Below, piece after piece: positions 9,252-18,744 of a stretch of DNA of 64,000 nt. Position 1 is the first letter of the stretch. The number at the start of each line of letters is the position of its first letter. This DNA comes from Anaerolineae bacterium (GTDB taxonomy: Bacteria; Chloroflexota; Anaerolineae; S140-20), in assembly GCA_027021705.1 (NCBI GenBank), contig JALUTT010000099.1:32001-96000 (forward strand). The letters are read 5' to 3'. The position numbers were made by a program, and so were the translations under genes. The notes under the pieces were generated by a model, which was given only the letters and a program-made list of their open reading frames with translations, did no database searches and was not told the DNA's origin.

Positions 9252-10994
9252 ATGGGGCTCAACCTGAAGGGACTCACCCAGCAGCAGCGCGTCTTCCTGT
9301 TCCTCGTCGCTTACCGATGGGCCAGTCTGTTGCCCGCCCTGTGGGTCTTCCACCCCCGTAACCCAGACGCGCCGATCCCGCTGGCCGGCATCCTGGCGCT
9401 GGCGGCCGGCATCACCCTGTCGGTGACCGTCTTCCACCGGCGTCTGAACCGCCTGCTGATCCGGCATCCCTACATCCTGGGAGCGGATATGGTCCTGGCG
9501 GCGGCCATCCTGGGGGTCAGCGGAGGGGCCCACAGCCCCTACTACCTGTACGCCCTGAGCCCGCTGCTGGCCGGCGCCTTCTTCTTCCAGATGCGGGGGG
9601 CCATCGCCGCCGCCGCTGCTTTCACCCCCCTCTTCCTCCTCGCCACCGCCCTGGGGTACCACCTGCACAGGCTCTCCATCACCCCCCAGACCTTCATCAC
9701 TCAGATGGCCGGCCTCTGGCTCATCCCCCTCCTCTTCGGCTATCCCTCGGTGCTGCTGAAACGGCTGCGGCAGGCCCATCACGCGCTGCAGGAGGCCCGT
9801 GACGATCTGGCCCGCCAGAACGTTGAACTGAACGCCGCCCACCGCCAGTTGCGGATCATCCACGACCTGACCGTCTCCCTCCAGGCCGCCCCCGACATCC
9901 AGTCCGTCCAGCAGCGGGTGCTCCAGGCCGTCACGGGGGAACTGGGCTTCCCTCGCGCCGTCGTCGGCCTGGTGAATCCGATGTTGCAACGGCTGGAGAA
10001 CTGGCGGGCCTATCCCCAAGACGAGAGGCCACCGGGGCCGGTGGCCCCGCTCCCCCTACACCCTCGAAGCGGCCTGCTGGTGCAACAGCTTCTGGATCGC
10101 CAACCCTTTCAGTGGGCCGAGGGACCGGCACTGACCACAGACGAGGCGCTGAACCGATGGTTGGGACCGGGCCCTTGGCTCATCCTGCCCCTGGTGCTGC
10201 GGGAACACCCGGTTGGCCTCCTGCTGGTCGCTCTGGAAGCGCCCTTGATCTCCCTGCCTGAAGAGCGCCTGGCAATGCTGACCTCGGTGGCCGGCCAGGC
10301 CGCCGTCGCCCTGGGCACGACGATGCTGTGCATAGACCGGGCCTGGCGGCTGGCGGTGGAGCAGGAGCGGAACCGGATCGCCCGCGACATCCACGACACC
10401 GTGGCCCAGTCCCTCTTCGGCATCGTCTTCACCCTGGATGCATGCACCAAGATGCTGCCGGAGCAGGTGGAGAAGGTGCAACAGGAGCTGGTGGAACTGC
10501 GAGACCTGGCCAGTCGGGTGCGGGACCAGGTGCGCCAGTCCATCTTCGACATCTGGCCCTCGACGCTGACGCTGGAACGGTTCAAGGCCGACCTGCGCAA
10601 GTACGTGGCCCATTGCAGCCGCCCCCGGGCCTTCCACGTGGACTTCCGCACCGGCGGCGATTTCGACCGGCTGTCACCGGCCATCCGGCGCAGCCTCTAC
10701 CGGGTGGCGCAGGAGGCCCTGGCCAACGTCGTCCGCCACGCCGGGGTGAACTCGGCCCAGGTCTGCCTCCGGGTGGAGCCCAACGCGGTCTACCTGAGCA
10801 TCCGGGATCACGGACGGGGCTTCGATCCGGCGACGGTGCTGGCCCGGGAGCACAACCGGGAGCGTTTCGGCCTGCGGGGGGTCCGGGAGCGCATTCACGC
10901 CTTGGGGGGGGAGTGTGAGATCCTCAGCCGCCTGGGCGAGGGCACCCAGATTCTGGTCCGTCTACCGGTCAACGGGAGGGATGGCCGTGGGTGA
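9252..10994 (+). CDS. Membrane sensor histidine kinase (TM region + GAF + HisKA_3 + HATPase)
   Basis: ERNRIARDIHDTVAQ H-box, QEALANVVRHA, DHGRGF, FGLRGVRER; TATAAT upstream. Confidence 0.92.
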   Translation: MGLNLKGLTQQQRVFLFLVAYRWASLLPALWVFHPRNPDAPIPLAGILALAAGITLSVTVFHRRLNRLLIRHPYILGADMVLAAAILGVSGGAHSPYYLYALSPLLAGAFFFQMRGAIAAAAAFTPLFLLATALGYHLHRLSITPQTFITQMAGLWLIPLLFGYPSVLLKRLRQAHHALQEARDDLARQNVELNAAHRQLRIIHDLTVSLQAAPDIQSVQQRVLQAVTGELGFPRAVVGLVNPMLQRLENWRAYPQDERPPGPVAPLPLHPRSGLLVQQLLDRQPFQWAEGPALTTDEALNRWLGPGPWLILPLVLREHPVGLLLVALEAPLISLPEERLAMLTSVAGQAAVALGTTMLCIDRAWRLAVEQERNRIARDIHDTVAQSLFGIVFTLDACTKMLPEQVEKVQQELVELRDLASRVRDQVRQSIFDIWPSTLTLERFKADLRKYVAHCSRPRAFHVDFRTGGDFDRLSPAIRRSLYRVAQEALANVVRHAGVNSAQVCLRVEPNAVYLSIRDHGRGFDPATVLAREHNRERFGLRGVRERIHALGGECEILSRLGEGTQILVRLPVNGRDGRG

Positions 10995-11646
10995 GGAACG
11001 CATCCGCATCCTGATCGTAGACGACCACGCCATCGTGCGCAAGGGGTTGGCGATGGTGCTCCGGCTGGAGCCCGACTTCGAGGTGGTGGGGGAGGCGGAG
11101 AACGGGCGCAGGGCCATCGAGTTGGCCCGGGCGCTGCGCCCTGACCTGGTGCTGCTGGACCTGAAGATGCCGGGGATGGACGGCGAGGAGGTGGCCGCCG
11201 CGCTGCGGGCCAACCTCCCCAACGTCCGGCTGCTGGTGCTGACGGGCATGGAGCTGGACGAAGGGCTGGTGGACACGCTGGCGGCCGGCGTGGACGGCTA
11301 CATCCTGAAGGACGTAGAACCCGATGAGTTGGCCCAGGCCATCCGGGCGGTGGCCCGGGGCGAGGCCTACCTGCACCCGGCGGTGGCCCGGCGGCTCCTG
11401 GACCGGCTGGCGACCCGACCGATGGCCCCGCCCCCTCCTGCTGCCCGCCTCACCCCCCGCGAGCTGGAGGTGCTGCGCTGGATGGCGACGCCGGCCACCT
11501 ATCGGGAGATCGCCGAGCACCTCGTCGTCAGCGAGGAGACGGTGCGCAGCCACGCCAAGCGGATCCTGAGCAAGCTCCAGCAGCCCAACCGGGCCCAGGC
11601 GGTGCTGGCGGCCGTGCGGGCCGGCCTCATCGAACTGCCGGAGTAG
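10981..11646 (+). CDS. NarL/LuxR-family response regulator
   Basis: ILIVDDH, LLDLKMP, LTPRELEVL HTH; start at ATG 10981. Confidence 0.93.
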   Translation: MAVGEERIRILIVDDHAIVRKGLAMVLRLEPDFEVVGEAENGRRAIELARALRPDLVLLDLKMPGMDGEEVAAALRANLPNVRLLVLTGMELDEGLVDTLAAGVDGYILKDVEPDELAQAIRAVARGEAYLHPAVARRLLDRLATRPMAPPPPAARLTPRELEVLRWMATPATYREIAEHLVVSEETVRSHAKRILSKLQQPNRAQAVLAAVRAGLIELPE

Positions 11647-11652
11647 GATCGG

Positions 11653-13101
11653 CTACCCCCCTTCCCCCATCCTCTCCTGCCGCTGCCGGCGGGCCAGGAG
11701 GGCACGGATGCGGGCGTGCCGCTCCCGGGTGATGGGGTAGAACCAGGCGACGACGATGGCGCTCAGGAGCAGCACCGCCCCCATCGGGCCGGTGAGGATG
11801 CGGATGGCGGTCAGGGTGATGGGCGCCTGCTGGAAGCGGGTCACCCCCTCCGGTGGGGCCTGGTAACCGAACCACCCCAGCACCTGCAGGGCGAGGAAGA
11901 TGGCCGCTGCCTCTGTCAGCTTGCGGATGAAGTTCTTGACCCCGTAGTAGGTCCCCTCGTGACGCCGCCGGGTGCGCAGCTCATCCCACTCGATCACGTC
12001 GGGGAAGATGGCATCGGGCAGCACGTGGGCGGTGGAGACGCTGATGCCGGCCAGCACCGCCAGCACCAGGATGAACCCGATCTGGCCGGGCTGGATCAGG
12101 ATGATGAGCCCCTGCACCACCGCCCAGAAGCTCATCCCCACGATGTAGGCGATCCGCTTGCCCAGCCGGTGGGCCAGCCAGGTCCACAACGGCAGCGCAG
12201 CCACGGCGACGATGAGCAGCAGCCCCAGCACCACCGACTCCAGGGCGATCCCCTCGCCGAAGAGGTTGACGGAGGCCAACAGGTCCCCCTCGGCCACCCA
12301 GTAGACCAGGAAGAAGGGGAGCATCAGCGCCACCAGGTCGAAGGTGATCCAGTTAAGCACGTAGAGGCCGGTGGCGAAGCGGAAGGGGATGTTGCGCCAG
12401 GCCGTGCGCAAGGTCTCCCGGAAGGGAGTGGGGTTCTGGGCCAGGACGGCGCTCTCAGGCCGCTCGTAGACGACGAAGAACATCAGCAGGAAGGGCAACG
12501 CCGCCAGCCCCCCGAAGAGGGCCGCCACGATCAGGTAGCCCTGTTGCATCGAGAGCCCCCGCTGGACCGCCGTGTCCACGATGATGGGGGCGGCCACCGC
12601 CGTCGCCAGCGAGGCCATCAGGTTGAAGAACATCCGATAGCCCGTCAGCGAGGTCCGTTCGTCGTAGTCCAGCGTCATCTCCGGCGTGAGGGTGAAGAAG
12701 GGGACCGCCACCAGTGTCTGGAGGGTGTCGCTGATCATAAAGGCCAGGCTCACCGTGATCATCAGGGCGATCTGGCTCTGCCAGGGCGGGGCCCACCAGA
12801 GGAGTAGGAAGCTGAAGCCGAAGGGGATGGCGAAGAAGAGCAGGAAAGGCCGCCGACGCCCCCATCGCGTCTGGATGCGGTCGCTGAGCAGCCCCACCAG
12901 CGGGTCGTTGAGGGCATCCCAGATGATGCCCGCCAGCGCGGCCACCGAGGCCAGCCGGGGCTCCAACCCCACCACGTCGGTGAGGAAGATGGCGTAGAAG
13001 ATCTGACGCAGCGTGCCAAAGCTGGCCAGCCCCCAGTCGCCGGAGCCGTAGATCAGCTTGGTCCAGAAGGAGAGCCGAGAGGAGGGCAGGCGGTCGGGCA
13101 T
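11653..13101 (-). CDS. GPH (MelB/MFSD2-like) MFS transporter
   Basis: IWDALNDPLVGLLSDR, WGRRRPF, DYDERTSLTGYR, PDVIEWDE. Confidence 0.9.
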   Translation of the reverse strand: MPDRLPSSRLSFWTKLIYGSGDWGLASFGTLRQIFYAIFLTDVVGLEPRLASVAALAGIIWDALNDPLVGLLSDRIQTRWGRRRPFLLFFAIPFGFSFLLLWWAPPWQSQIALMITVSLAFMISDTLQTLVAVPFFTLTPEMTLDYDERTSLTGYRMFFNLMASLATAVAAPIIVDTAVQRGLSMQQGYLIVAALFGGLAALPFLLMFFVVYERPESAVLAQNPTPFRETLRTAWRNIPFRFATGLYVLNWITFDLVALMLPFFLVYWVAEGDLLASVNLFGEGIALESVVLGLLLIVAVAALPLWTWLAHRLGKRIAYIVGMSFWAVVQGLIILIQPGQIGFILVLAVLAGISVSTAHVLPDAIFPDVIEWDELRTRRRHEGTYYGVKNFIRKLTEAAAIFLALQVLGWFGYQAPPEGVTRFQQAPITLTAIRILTGPMGAVLLLSAIVVAWFYPITRERHARIRALLARRQRQERMGEGG

Positions 13102-14564
13102 CAGGTCCTCCTTTCAGGTCGGGTCAATCGGTCCAGGAAGTCCAGCACGACTTCGTGGATGTCTCCCCGGTTGGGCAGGGTGCCCATCATCCCGTACATC
13201 GCCGCCGAGCGTCGGGGGAGCCCCCCATCCCTCCCGCCCAGCAGGGCGGAGAAACGGCGGGTCAGGCGGCTGAGGAGGCCGGCAGGCAGCACCCGCGTGA
13301 TGGCCTGGGCCAGCGCCAGCGTCACGGCGTGGCCGATGCGGTGCACGCTGGGCCGCCGGACGGCCTGAGCGGCCTCGGCCAGGTCGGCCAGGAAGGCGTC
13401 GGCCACCTCGGCATGGGCCGGTGTCACCGTCAGGTGCAGGCTGGGGGGGAGGTGCTGCCGGTCCAGGTGCCAGCCGCGCAGCGTCATCTCGTCGGCGACT
13501 TCGTAGACGTCCAGCCCCTCGGAGCCGATGGCCAGCAGGCTCATGTCGGGGTCACCCAGCACCTTCAGCCCTTCGATGGCCTCGATCCCTGCCCGCAGCT
13601 TCTGGGTCGTCTTCATCACCCGGTCGGCCAGGGCCAGGTAGCCCTCCTCGCCCAGGTAGCGGATGACGGCCCAGGCGGCGGCGATGGTGCCGGCCGGGCG
13701 GGTGCCGGCGATGGCGGGGGAGGCGTAGATGCCGCCGGGCCAGTCGGTGTAGACGAAGAACTGGTGCCGGCGCAGCGCCCCATCCCGGTAGAGGATCAGC
13801 GAGGTCCCCTTGGCCGCGTAGCCGTACTTGTGCAGGTCGGCCGAGATGGAGGTCACGCCCGGCACACGGAAGTCGAAGTCGGGCACGGGGTAGCCCAGCT
13901 TGCGGAGGAAGGGGAGCATGAAGCCGCCGACGCAGGCGTCCACGTGGCAGAGGATGCCGTGCTCCTGAGCGATCTGGGCCAGCGCCGGGATGGGGTCCAC
14001 GACGCCGTGGGGGTAGGCGGGGGCGGAGCCGACGATGAGGATGGTGTTGGGGGTGACGGCGGCCCGGACGGCCTCCACGTCGGCCCGGAAGTCGGGGCCG
14101 ACAGGGGTGTGGACCGGCTTGACGCCAAAGTAGTGGGCTGCCTTCTCGAAGGCGGGATGGGCGGTGAGGGGCAGGACCATCTCCGGCGTGCCGACGGCGG
14201 GCCGGGTCGCCCGCGCCCAATCACGGGCCGTCTTCACCGCCATCAGGACGCTCTCGGTGCCCCCTGAGGTGATCGTGCCCACCGTCTCCTCGTCGCCCCC
14301 TAGCAGGTCGGCGGCCATCGCCACGACCTCCGCCTCGAGCTGCCGGATGCTGGGGAAGGCGGTGGGGTTCAGCGCGTTCTCCGAGAAGAAGAGGGTGTAG
14401 GCCTCCCGCAGGAGTTCGGTCACGTCGTCGCCGGCGTGGTAGACGAGGCTCCAGACCTTCCCCTCCTGCCAGCGCACATCCTGCCGGCGGAGCTCCCGCA
14501 TTCGGGCCAGGACCTGCTCTCTGGACATCCCCTGGGCGGGGAAGGGGATTCCACCGCTGCCCAT
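13101..14564 (-). CDS. Sphingosine-1-phosphate lyase-like PLP-dependent enzyme (group II decarboxylase fold)
   Basis: TSGGTESVLMA, HVDACVGGF, SISADLHKYGYAAKG, WPGGIYASP; ATG 14564 with AAGGAGG RBS. Confidence 0.85.
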   Translation of the reverse strand: MGSGGIPFPAQGMSREQVLARMRELRRQDVRWQEGKVWSLVYHAGDDVTELLREAYTLFFSENALNPTAFPSIRQLEAEVVAMAADLLGGDEETVGTITSGGTESVLMAVKTARDWARATRPAVGTPEMVLPLTAHPAFEKAAHYFGVKPVHTPVGPDFRADVEAVRAAVTPNTILIVGSAPAYPHGVVDPIPALAQIAQEHGILCHVDACVGGFMLPFLRKLGYPVPDFDFRVPGVTSISADLHKYGYAAKGTSLILYRDGALRRHQFFVYTDWPGGIYASPAIAGTRPAGTIAAAWAVIRYLGEEGYLALADRVMKTTQKLRAGIEAIEGLKVLGDPDMSLLAIGSEGLDVYEVADEMTLRGWHLDRQHLPPSLHLTVTPAHAEVADAFLADLAEAAQAVRRPSVHRIGHAVTLALAQAITRVLPAGLLSRLTRRFSALLGGRDGGLPRRSAAMYGMMGTLPNRGDIHEVVLDFLDRLTRPERRT

Positions 14565-14660
14565 AGGCACCTCCTTACACGCTGTGGCTTCTGGTAGAGG
14601 GGAGGCCCCATTATAGCCCAAAGCGGACCGTTGCGCAACAGAGAACTCTCTGATGATCAT

Positions 14661-14780
14661 CCACAAGGGAGCGAGAGAGTGGTCCGTAGCGGGCTGTCCA
14701 CGAATTTCTCGCGAATGCACGAATGAGGCGGTCCTCAATTCGTGTATTCGTGCCCCATTCGTGGACGGCTAACCTCCCTA
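14661..14780. repeat. Dispersed palindromic element with 'CCACGAAT...ATTCGTGGACGG' core (family B)
   Basis: Near-identical to 51093-51212; internal inverted repeats. Confidence 0.85.
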
Positions 14781-14875
14781 AACGGAGCCGGGTGGCGAGG
14801 GTTTTTCCTCGCCACCCGGCCTTTCCCATCCTCAACGCTGGGCGGTGGACGGTGGGCTCAGGACCGCCTGCTGTC

Positions 14876-17800
14876 CTACCCGCCCTTCAGCACCACCGGC
14901 AGGTAGAGGTGAAGCTCCTGGGTGCTGAAGGACCAGACGTAGTTGCTCGACAGGGGGTTGCCCGAGGTGTCCCGGATCCCCGTCGTCAGGGTCGCCGTGT
15001 ACCGCGTCCCCCATCGGAGCGGCTGGGCAGGGAGGAAGCGAGCCGAATAGTTGAGGCCGTTGTAGGTCACCTGCCCGGAGACCCGGTTCCCCTTGGCATC
15101 GGTCAGGAAGAAGGTGTCATTGGTCAGCGTAGTGGCGCTGATCGGCTCGGAGAACCTGACCCAGATGTATGGCCGATAGATGCCGGGGGCGGTCTGGACG
15201 GTGAAGACAGGCACGTCCTTCGTCCCGCTCGCCGGCGATGTGCTCTGCACCGTCGGTGGCGTGGTCTCGCTACCGGGGCGCACCAGGATGCTCACCTCGG
15301 CGGGGGCACTCTCGGTCACCCCGTTGCTCACCCGGAAGGTGAAGCGGTCCATCCCCTCGAAGTTGGCCATCGGCGTGTAGGTGATCACCGGCGGCGTCCC
15401 CACCAGCGTCCCGTAGGACGGGGTGGTGACGAGGGTGTAGGTCAGGTAGCTCAGGGTGCCAACGCCCACCGTCGCCCCGGTGAGGGTGATCACCTTCGAC
15501 ACCCCCTCCACCGTCTCCACTTCCTGCGGATAGGCCACCACCGTCCCCACGAGGGTCACCACCGGGTTGGTCGGGGTCTCTTCGGGAACGCTGGGGAAGT
15601 AGACGGTGGCGCTGTTGACGATCTTCGTGCCGCTGACGACGGTGGAAGGCACCTGGACGCTGAAGTGAAGGGTTCCGCCCGCCCGCGACGCCACCTCGCC
15701 CACCTGCCAGATGATGGTGCGGGTGCTGGCGACGTAGACCCCATCGTCCTGGAGGTTCAGGGTGCTCTCATCCAGGACGGCGGGGAGCTTGTCGGTGACG
15801 TAGACGCCGTAGGCGGTGCCGGCGCCCTCGTTCTCGTACTCGACGGTGTAGGTGATCACCTGACCGGGCAGGGCACAAGCCGGGCCGTATTTGGCGTTGG
15901 GGTCGTGGGCACCGGTGACCTCCGAGGGCAGCTCATCGGTAGGGCCACAGGCCCCGTTGACGCAGCTCTCCCCCTCCGGACACTCGGAGTAGGAGGGTGG
16001 GCCCAGTGCTCCGGTGACGGGATCGCACTCCCGCTCCTCGACCCAGCTCCCGCTCCCGCCGGTGGTGACAACCGAGGGCCACATCTCCAAGGACTGAGAA
16101 GCTGCACCGCTATCGGGTGCCGGCCCACAGGAGGCGATCGGTTTGCACGGCTGGGGCTTCTGGCACTTGTCTAGGCAGTCGGCGATGTCCAGGGCAATCC
16201 CCAGGAGGGGGACCTTGCGGGCCAGGACGCCGACCCCACAGCCCAAGCATCCCCGCGCATCGCCCTGCCCACATCGGAAGCAGTCCGCCGCCATAAAGGC
16301 CACATCTACGATGGGGAAGAGCTTCCCGAGGATCCACCACGGGATCTGGCCGCCGATGCAACCAAGCAGGCAGCTCGACGAAGAGCCCGAGCCGGTCTCG
16401 CTGCCCGCCTCCAGGTCCATCGCGATGCTCCCATCGCTGGTCAGGATCCCAAACTGGCTGCCCGCATACGTCTCGACGAAGACGGAGCCGGCATAGACGT
16501 TGATGATCCAGATTTCGTGCTCATCGGGCTTCAGCAGCGCCAGTTGGGTGGTCTCTGTGACCTGCCCTCCGACGTCAACGGTGAGCTTGTAGCCGGCCTT
16601 GTCAAAGCGGAAGCCCTTGCTCTGACCAAGCTGGACGAACTGGAGGACCTCCGGGTTGTTGTTCAGGAGGTCGTCCACCTCGGCTTCGGTCATCTCCCGT
16701 CCGGTGATCACGACGGCGGGCTGGAACGCCAGGTACTCGTCCAGGTCAATCCGGGGGTTGGGGTAGTTGCGGGCGGCTGCCGTCACTCGGAAGCTCTGGA
16801 GCATTCCGTTGCGCAGGCCCCACAGGTACTGGACCCGGACGCTGAGCACGCCGCTCTGCCCCGGTCCAACGTCCCCCAGCTTCCACACCACCTGGTTCCG
16901 TTCGAGCCAGTAGAGCCCACCGCCGGTGCTGGAGAGGTAAACGGCGTACTCGGGCAGCTGGGCCACGATTACCACATCCTGCAGGGTGCCGGTGAGGGGA
17001 TTCTGGTAGGCGACGGCGTAGTCCACTGTCTGGCCTGGACTCACATTCTGCGGCCCGCTGGGCCGCAGCACCAGCGTCGCACTCACCGCCCCCACCTGCT
17101 CCAGTTGAAGCTGATAGGTTCCCGTCCCGTCGCCATCCCGGTCGCCAACGAAGATGGCGTAGTCACCGGCAACGGGCAAGGTCATAGACACCACCGGCTT
17201 CTGGTCGGCCGTCCCCTGATACATCACGAACCCTTCGGGTCCCACCAACCATGTCTTCGGGACCAGCGACCCGGAGATGGAAAAGGTGGAGACCCGGATC
17301 ACGTCGCCGGCCTGGGCGGTGAAGGTGTACGGATCCGTCTCGAGAAACGAGCCAATGGTGCGGGTGACCGTCTCACCGTAGGTGAGGCGATCGGCGCCTG
17401 TCGGCCCGTTGGTGCGCTGAAGGTAGAGGCCGTAGACCCTTCCCTCATAGAGCCTTGCCCAATCCCCCGCCAAGAGCGTGTAAGTCCCGGTGGTGGGAAG
17501 GGACTGGAACAGTTCGGAGAGCATGTTCTCCCGCCCTTCGGCGAGGAGACTCCCATCTGGACCGTAGAGTCGGAGCAGAGGGTAGAGGGTGCCGCTGACG
17601 ACGGCCATACGGGAGAAGACCACATCGCCGGCGGTGGCCGTGAAGGTGTAAGTGCCCATCTCCGTCGCCAGCGTGAGCTCCCGGGTCACCACCGAGCCCA
17701 GGGCGATGGGCGTCGCGCTGCCGGGATCGTTCACCCGCTGGACGAAGAGGCTGAAATCGCCACCTACAAAGTCGGCGTCCTCCACCGTCATCGTGTAGAT

Positions 17801-18412
17801 GCCCGTGGACGTCACCGGCTGGGTGACCTCCAGCTCTCCTTGGCTGCCGACAGCGGTGTGGACCCGCGCGCCATCGGGGGCATACAGGCTGATCTGGGGA
17901 TTCACGAAACTGTCCTGTTCACTGGCCCAGATCAGGATGACATCCCCGTTGTTGGCTGCGAAGGTGTAGGTGACCACGTTCTCAGGAACGGGAATGGTCC
18001 CCGTCACCGTCTGTCCAAAGGTGAAGGGGATAGCGGCCGCGCTGGCGGTCTCCACCCCCAGGGTAGGCGGGGCGACCAGGGGACCGGCAACACCAGAGGA
18101 CGGAGTACCATCGGCAGCCTGGGGATCCCGTGGCTCAAGCACAGCAGGGACGGTCGGAAGAAGCCTCGCCCCTCCTCGCGACTCCCCCCCTGGGGGGGCG
18201 GAGGCCCCGGGAAGCCGCCTCATGCCAAAGGCGCTGTCGGGAATGGGAAGCGCTTCTCCCATCTCCTCCGCCGCCGGTCCTATCGGAACGGGTTGGCTGC
18301 TCGCACGGCCGGCGGGCAGAGGTCCAACGAAGCCGTGGAGAACCATTGGGGGTAGCAGGACGACGTACAGCAGCAGGCCGACCACACGCTTGGGGGATCC
18401 TCTGTAAGCCAT
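14876..18412 (-). CDS. Large secreted surface protein (PPC-like repeats, DUF11-like domains, Cys-rich core, Ig-like domains, C-terminal YLPVVLK tail)
   Basis: N-terminal hydrophobic signal; three 'YTFTA.AGDV' repeats; HDPNAKYGP; ends HLYLPVVLKGG; start ATG 18412. Confidence 0.8.
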   Translation of the reverse strand: MAYRGSPKRVVGLLLYVVLLPPMVLHGFVGPLPAGRASSQPVPIGPAAEEMGEALPIPDSAFGMRRLPGASAPPGGESRGGARLLPTVPAVLEPRDPQAADGTPSSGVAGPLVAPPTLGVETASAAAIPFTFGQTVTGTIPVPENVVTYTFAANNGDVILIWASEQDSFVNPQISLYAPDGARVHTAVGSQGELEVTQPVTSTGIYTMTVEDADFVGGDFSLFVQRVNDPGSATPIALGSVVTRELTLATEMGTYTFTATAGDVVFSRMAVVSGTLYPLLRLYGPDGSLLAEGRENMLSELFQSLPTTGTYTLLAGDWARLYEGRVYGLYLQRTNGPTGADRLTYGETVTRTIGSFLETDPYTFTAQAGDVIRVSTFSISGSLVPKTWLVGPEGFVMYQGTADQKPVVSMTLPVAGDYAIFVGDRDGDGTGTYQLQLEQVGAVSATLVLRPSGPQNVSPGQTVDYAVAYQNPLTGTLQDVVIVAQLPEYAVYLSSTGGGLYWLERNQVVWKLGDVGPGQSGVLSVRVQYLWGLRNGMLQSFRVTAAARNYPNPRIDLDEYLAFQPAVVITGREMTEAEVDDLLNNNPEVLQFVQLGQSKGFRFDKAGYKLTVDVGGQVTETTQLALLKPDEHEIWIINVYAGSVFVETYAGSQFGILTSDGSIAMDLEAGSETGSGSSSSCLLGCIGGQIPWWILGKLFPIVDVAFMAADCFRCGQGDARGCLGCGVGVLARKVPLLGIALDIADCLDKCQKPQPCKPIASCGPAPDSGAASQSLEMWPSVVTTGGSGSWVEERECDPVTGALGPPSYSECPEGESCVNGACGPTDELPSEVTGAHDPNAKYGPACALPGQVITYTVEYENEGAGTAYGVYVTDKLPAVLDESTLNLQDDGVYVASTRTIIWQVGEVASRAGGTLHFSVQVPSTVVSGTKIVNSATVYFPSVPEETPTNPVVTLVGTVVAYPQEVETVEGVSKVITLTGATVGVGTLSYLTYTLVTTPSYGTLVGTPPVITYTPMANFEGMDRFTFRVSNGVTESAPAEVSILVRPGSETTPPTVQSTSPASGTKDVPVFTVQTAPGIYRPYIWVRFSEPISATTLTNDTFFLTDAKGNRVSGQVTYNGLNYSARFLPAQPLRWGTRYTATLTTGIRDTSGNPLSSNYVWSFSTQELHLYLPVVLKGG

Positions 18413-18562
18413 CTTTCCCTCCTTTCTACAATGTTTGCCCCCCAACCTCCTAAACCGGCCAGGCCAACCGCCTCTCAGCTTTGGCGGAACCAACCTCCAC
18501 AGCAGCGTGTCCGGTCGGTCGAGACCATTTTATCACACCTCCCGGTGATCTCCAAGACCCCC

Positions 18563-18683
18563 GCCCCGGTCATAGGGCCTATCAATGCCCAAGCAAGACC
18601 CAACCGCAACACGGGTCGGGTTGGGTCCAGGCTTGCGCCGGGATCCCCATCCCCCCGTAGCTCGGGAATTCCCAGGCCGGGGC
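18563..18683. repeat. REP/REPIN-like palindromic intergenic element
   Basis: GCCCCGG...CCGGGGC ends; inner GACCCAACC/GGTTGGGTC IR; right end resembles 46305-46329. Confidence 0.45.
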
Positions 18684-18744
18684 AAAGAGGCGAGAGGCGG
18701 AGGGTATGGCCCTCCGCCTCGGTTCTTCCGAAGTCTCTTCCCGT

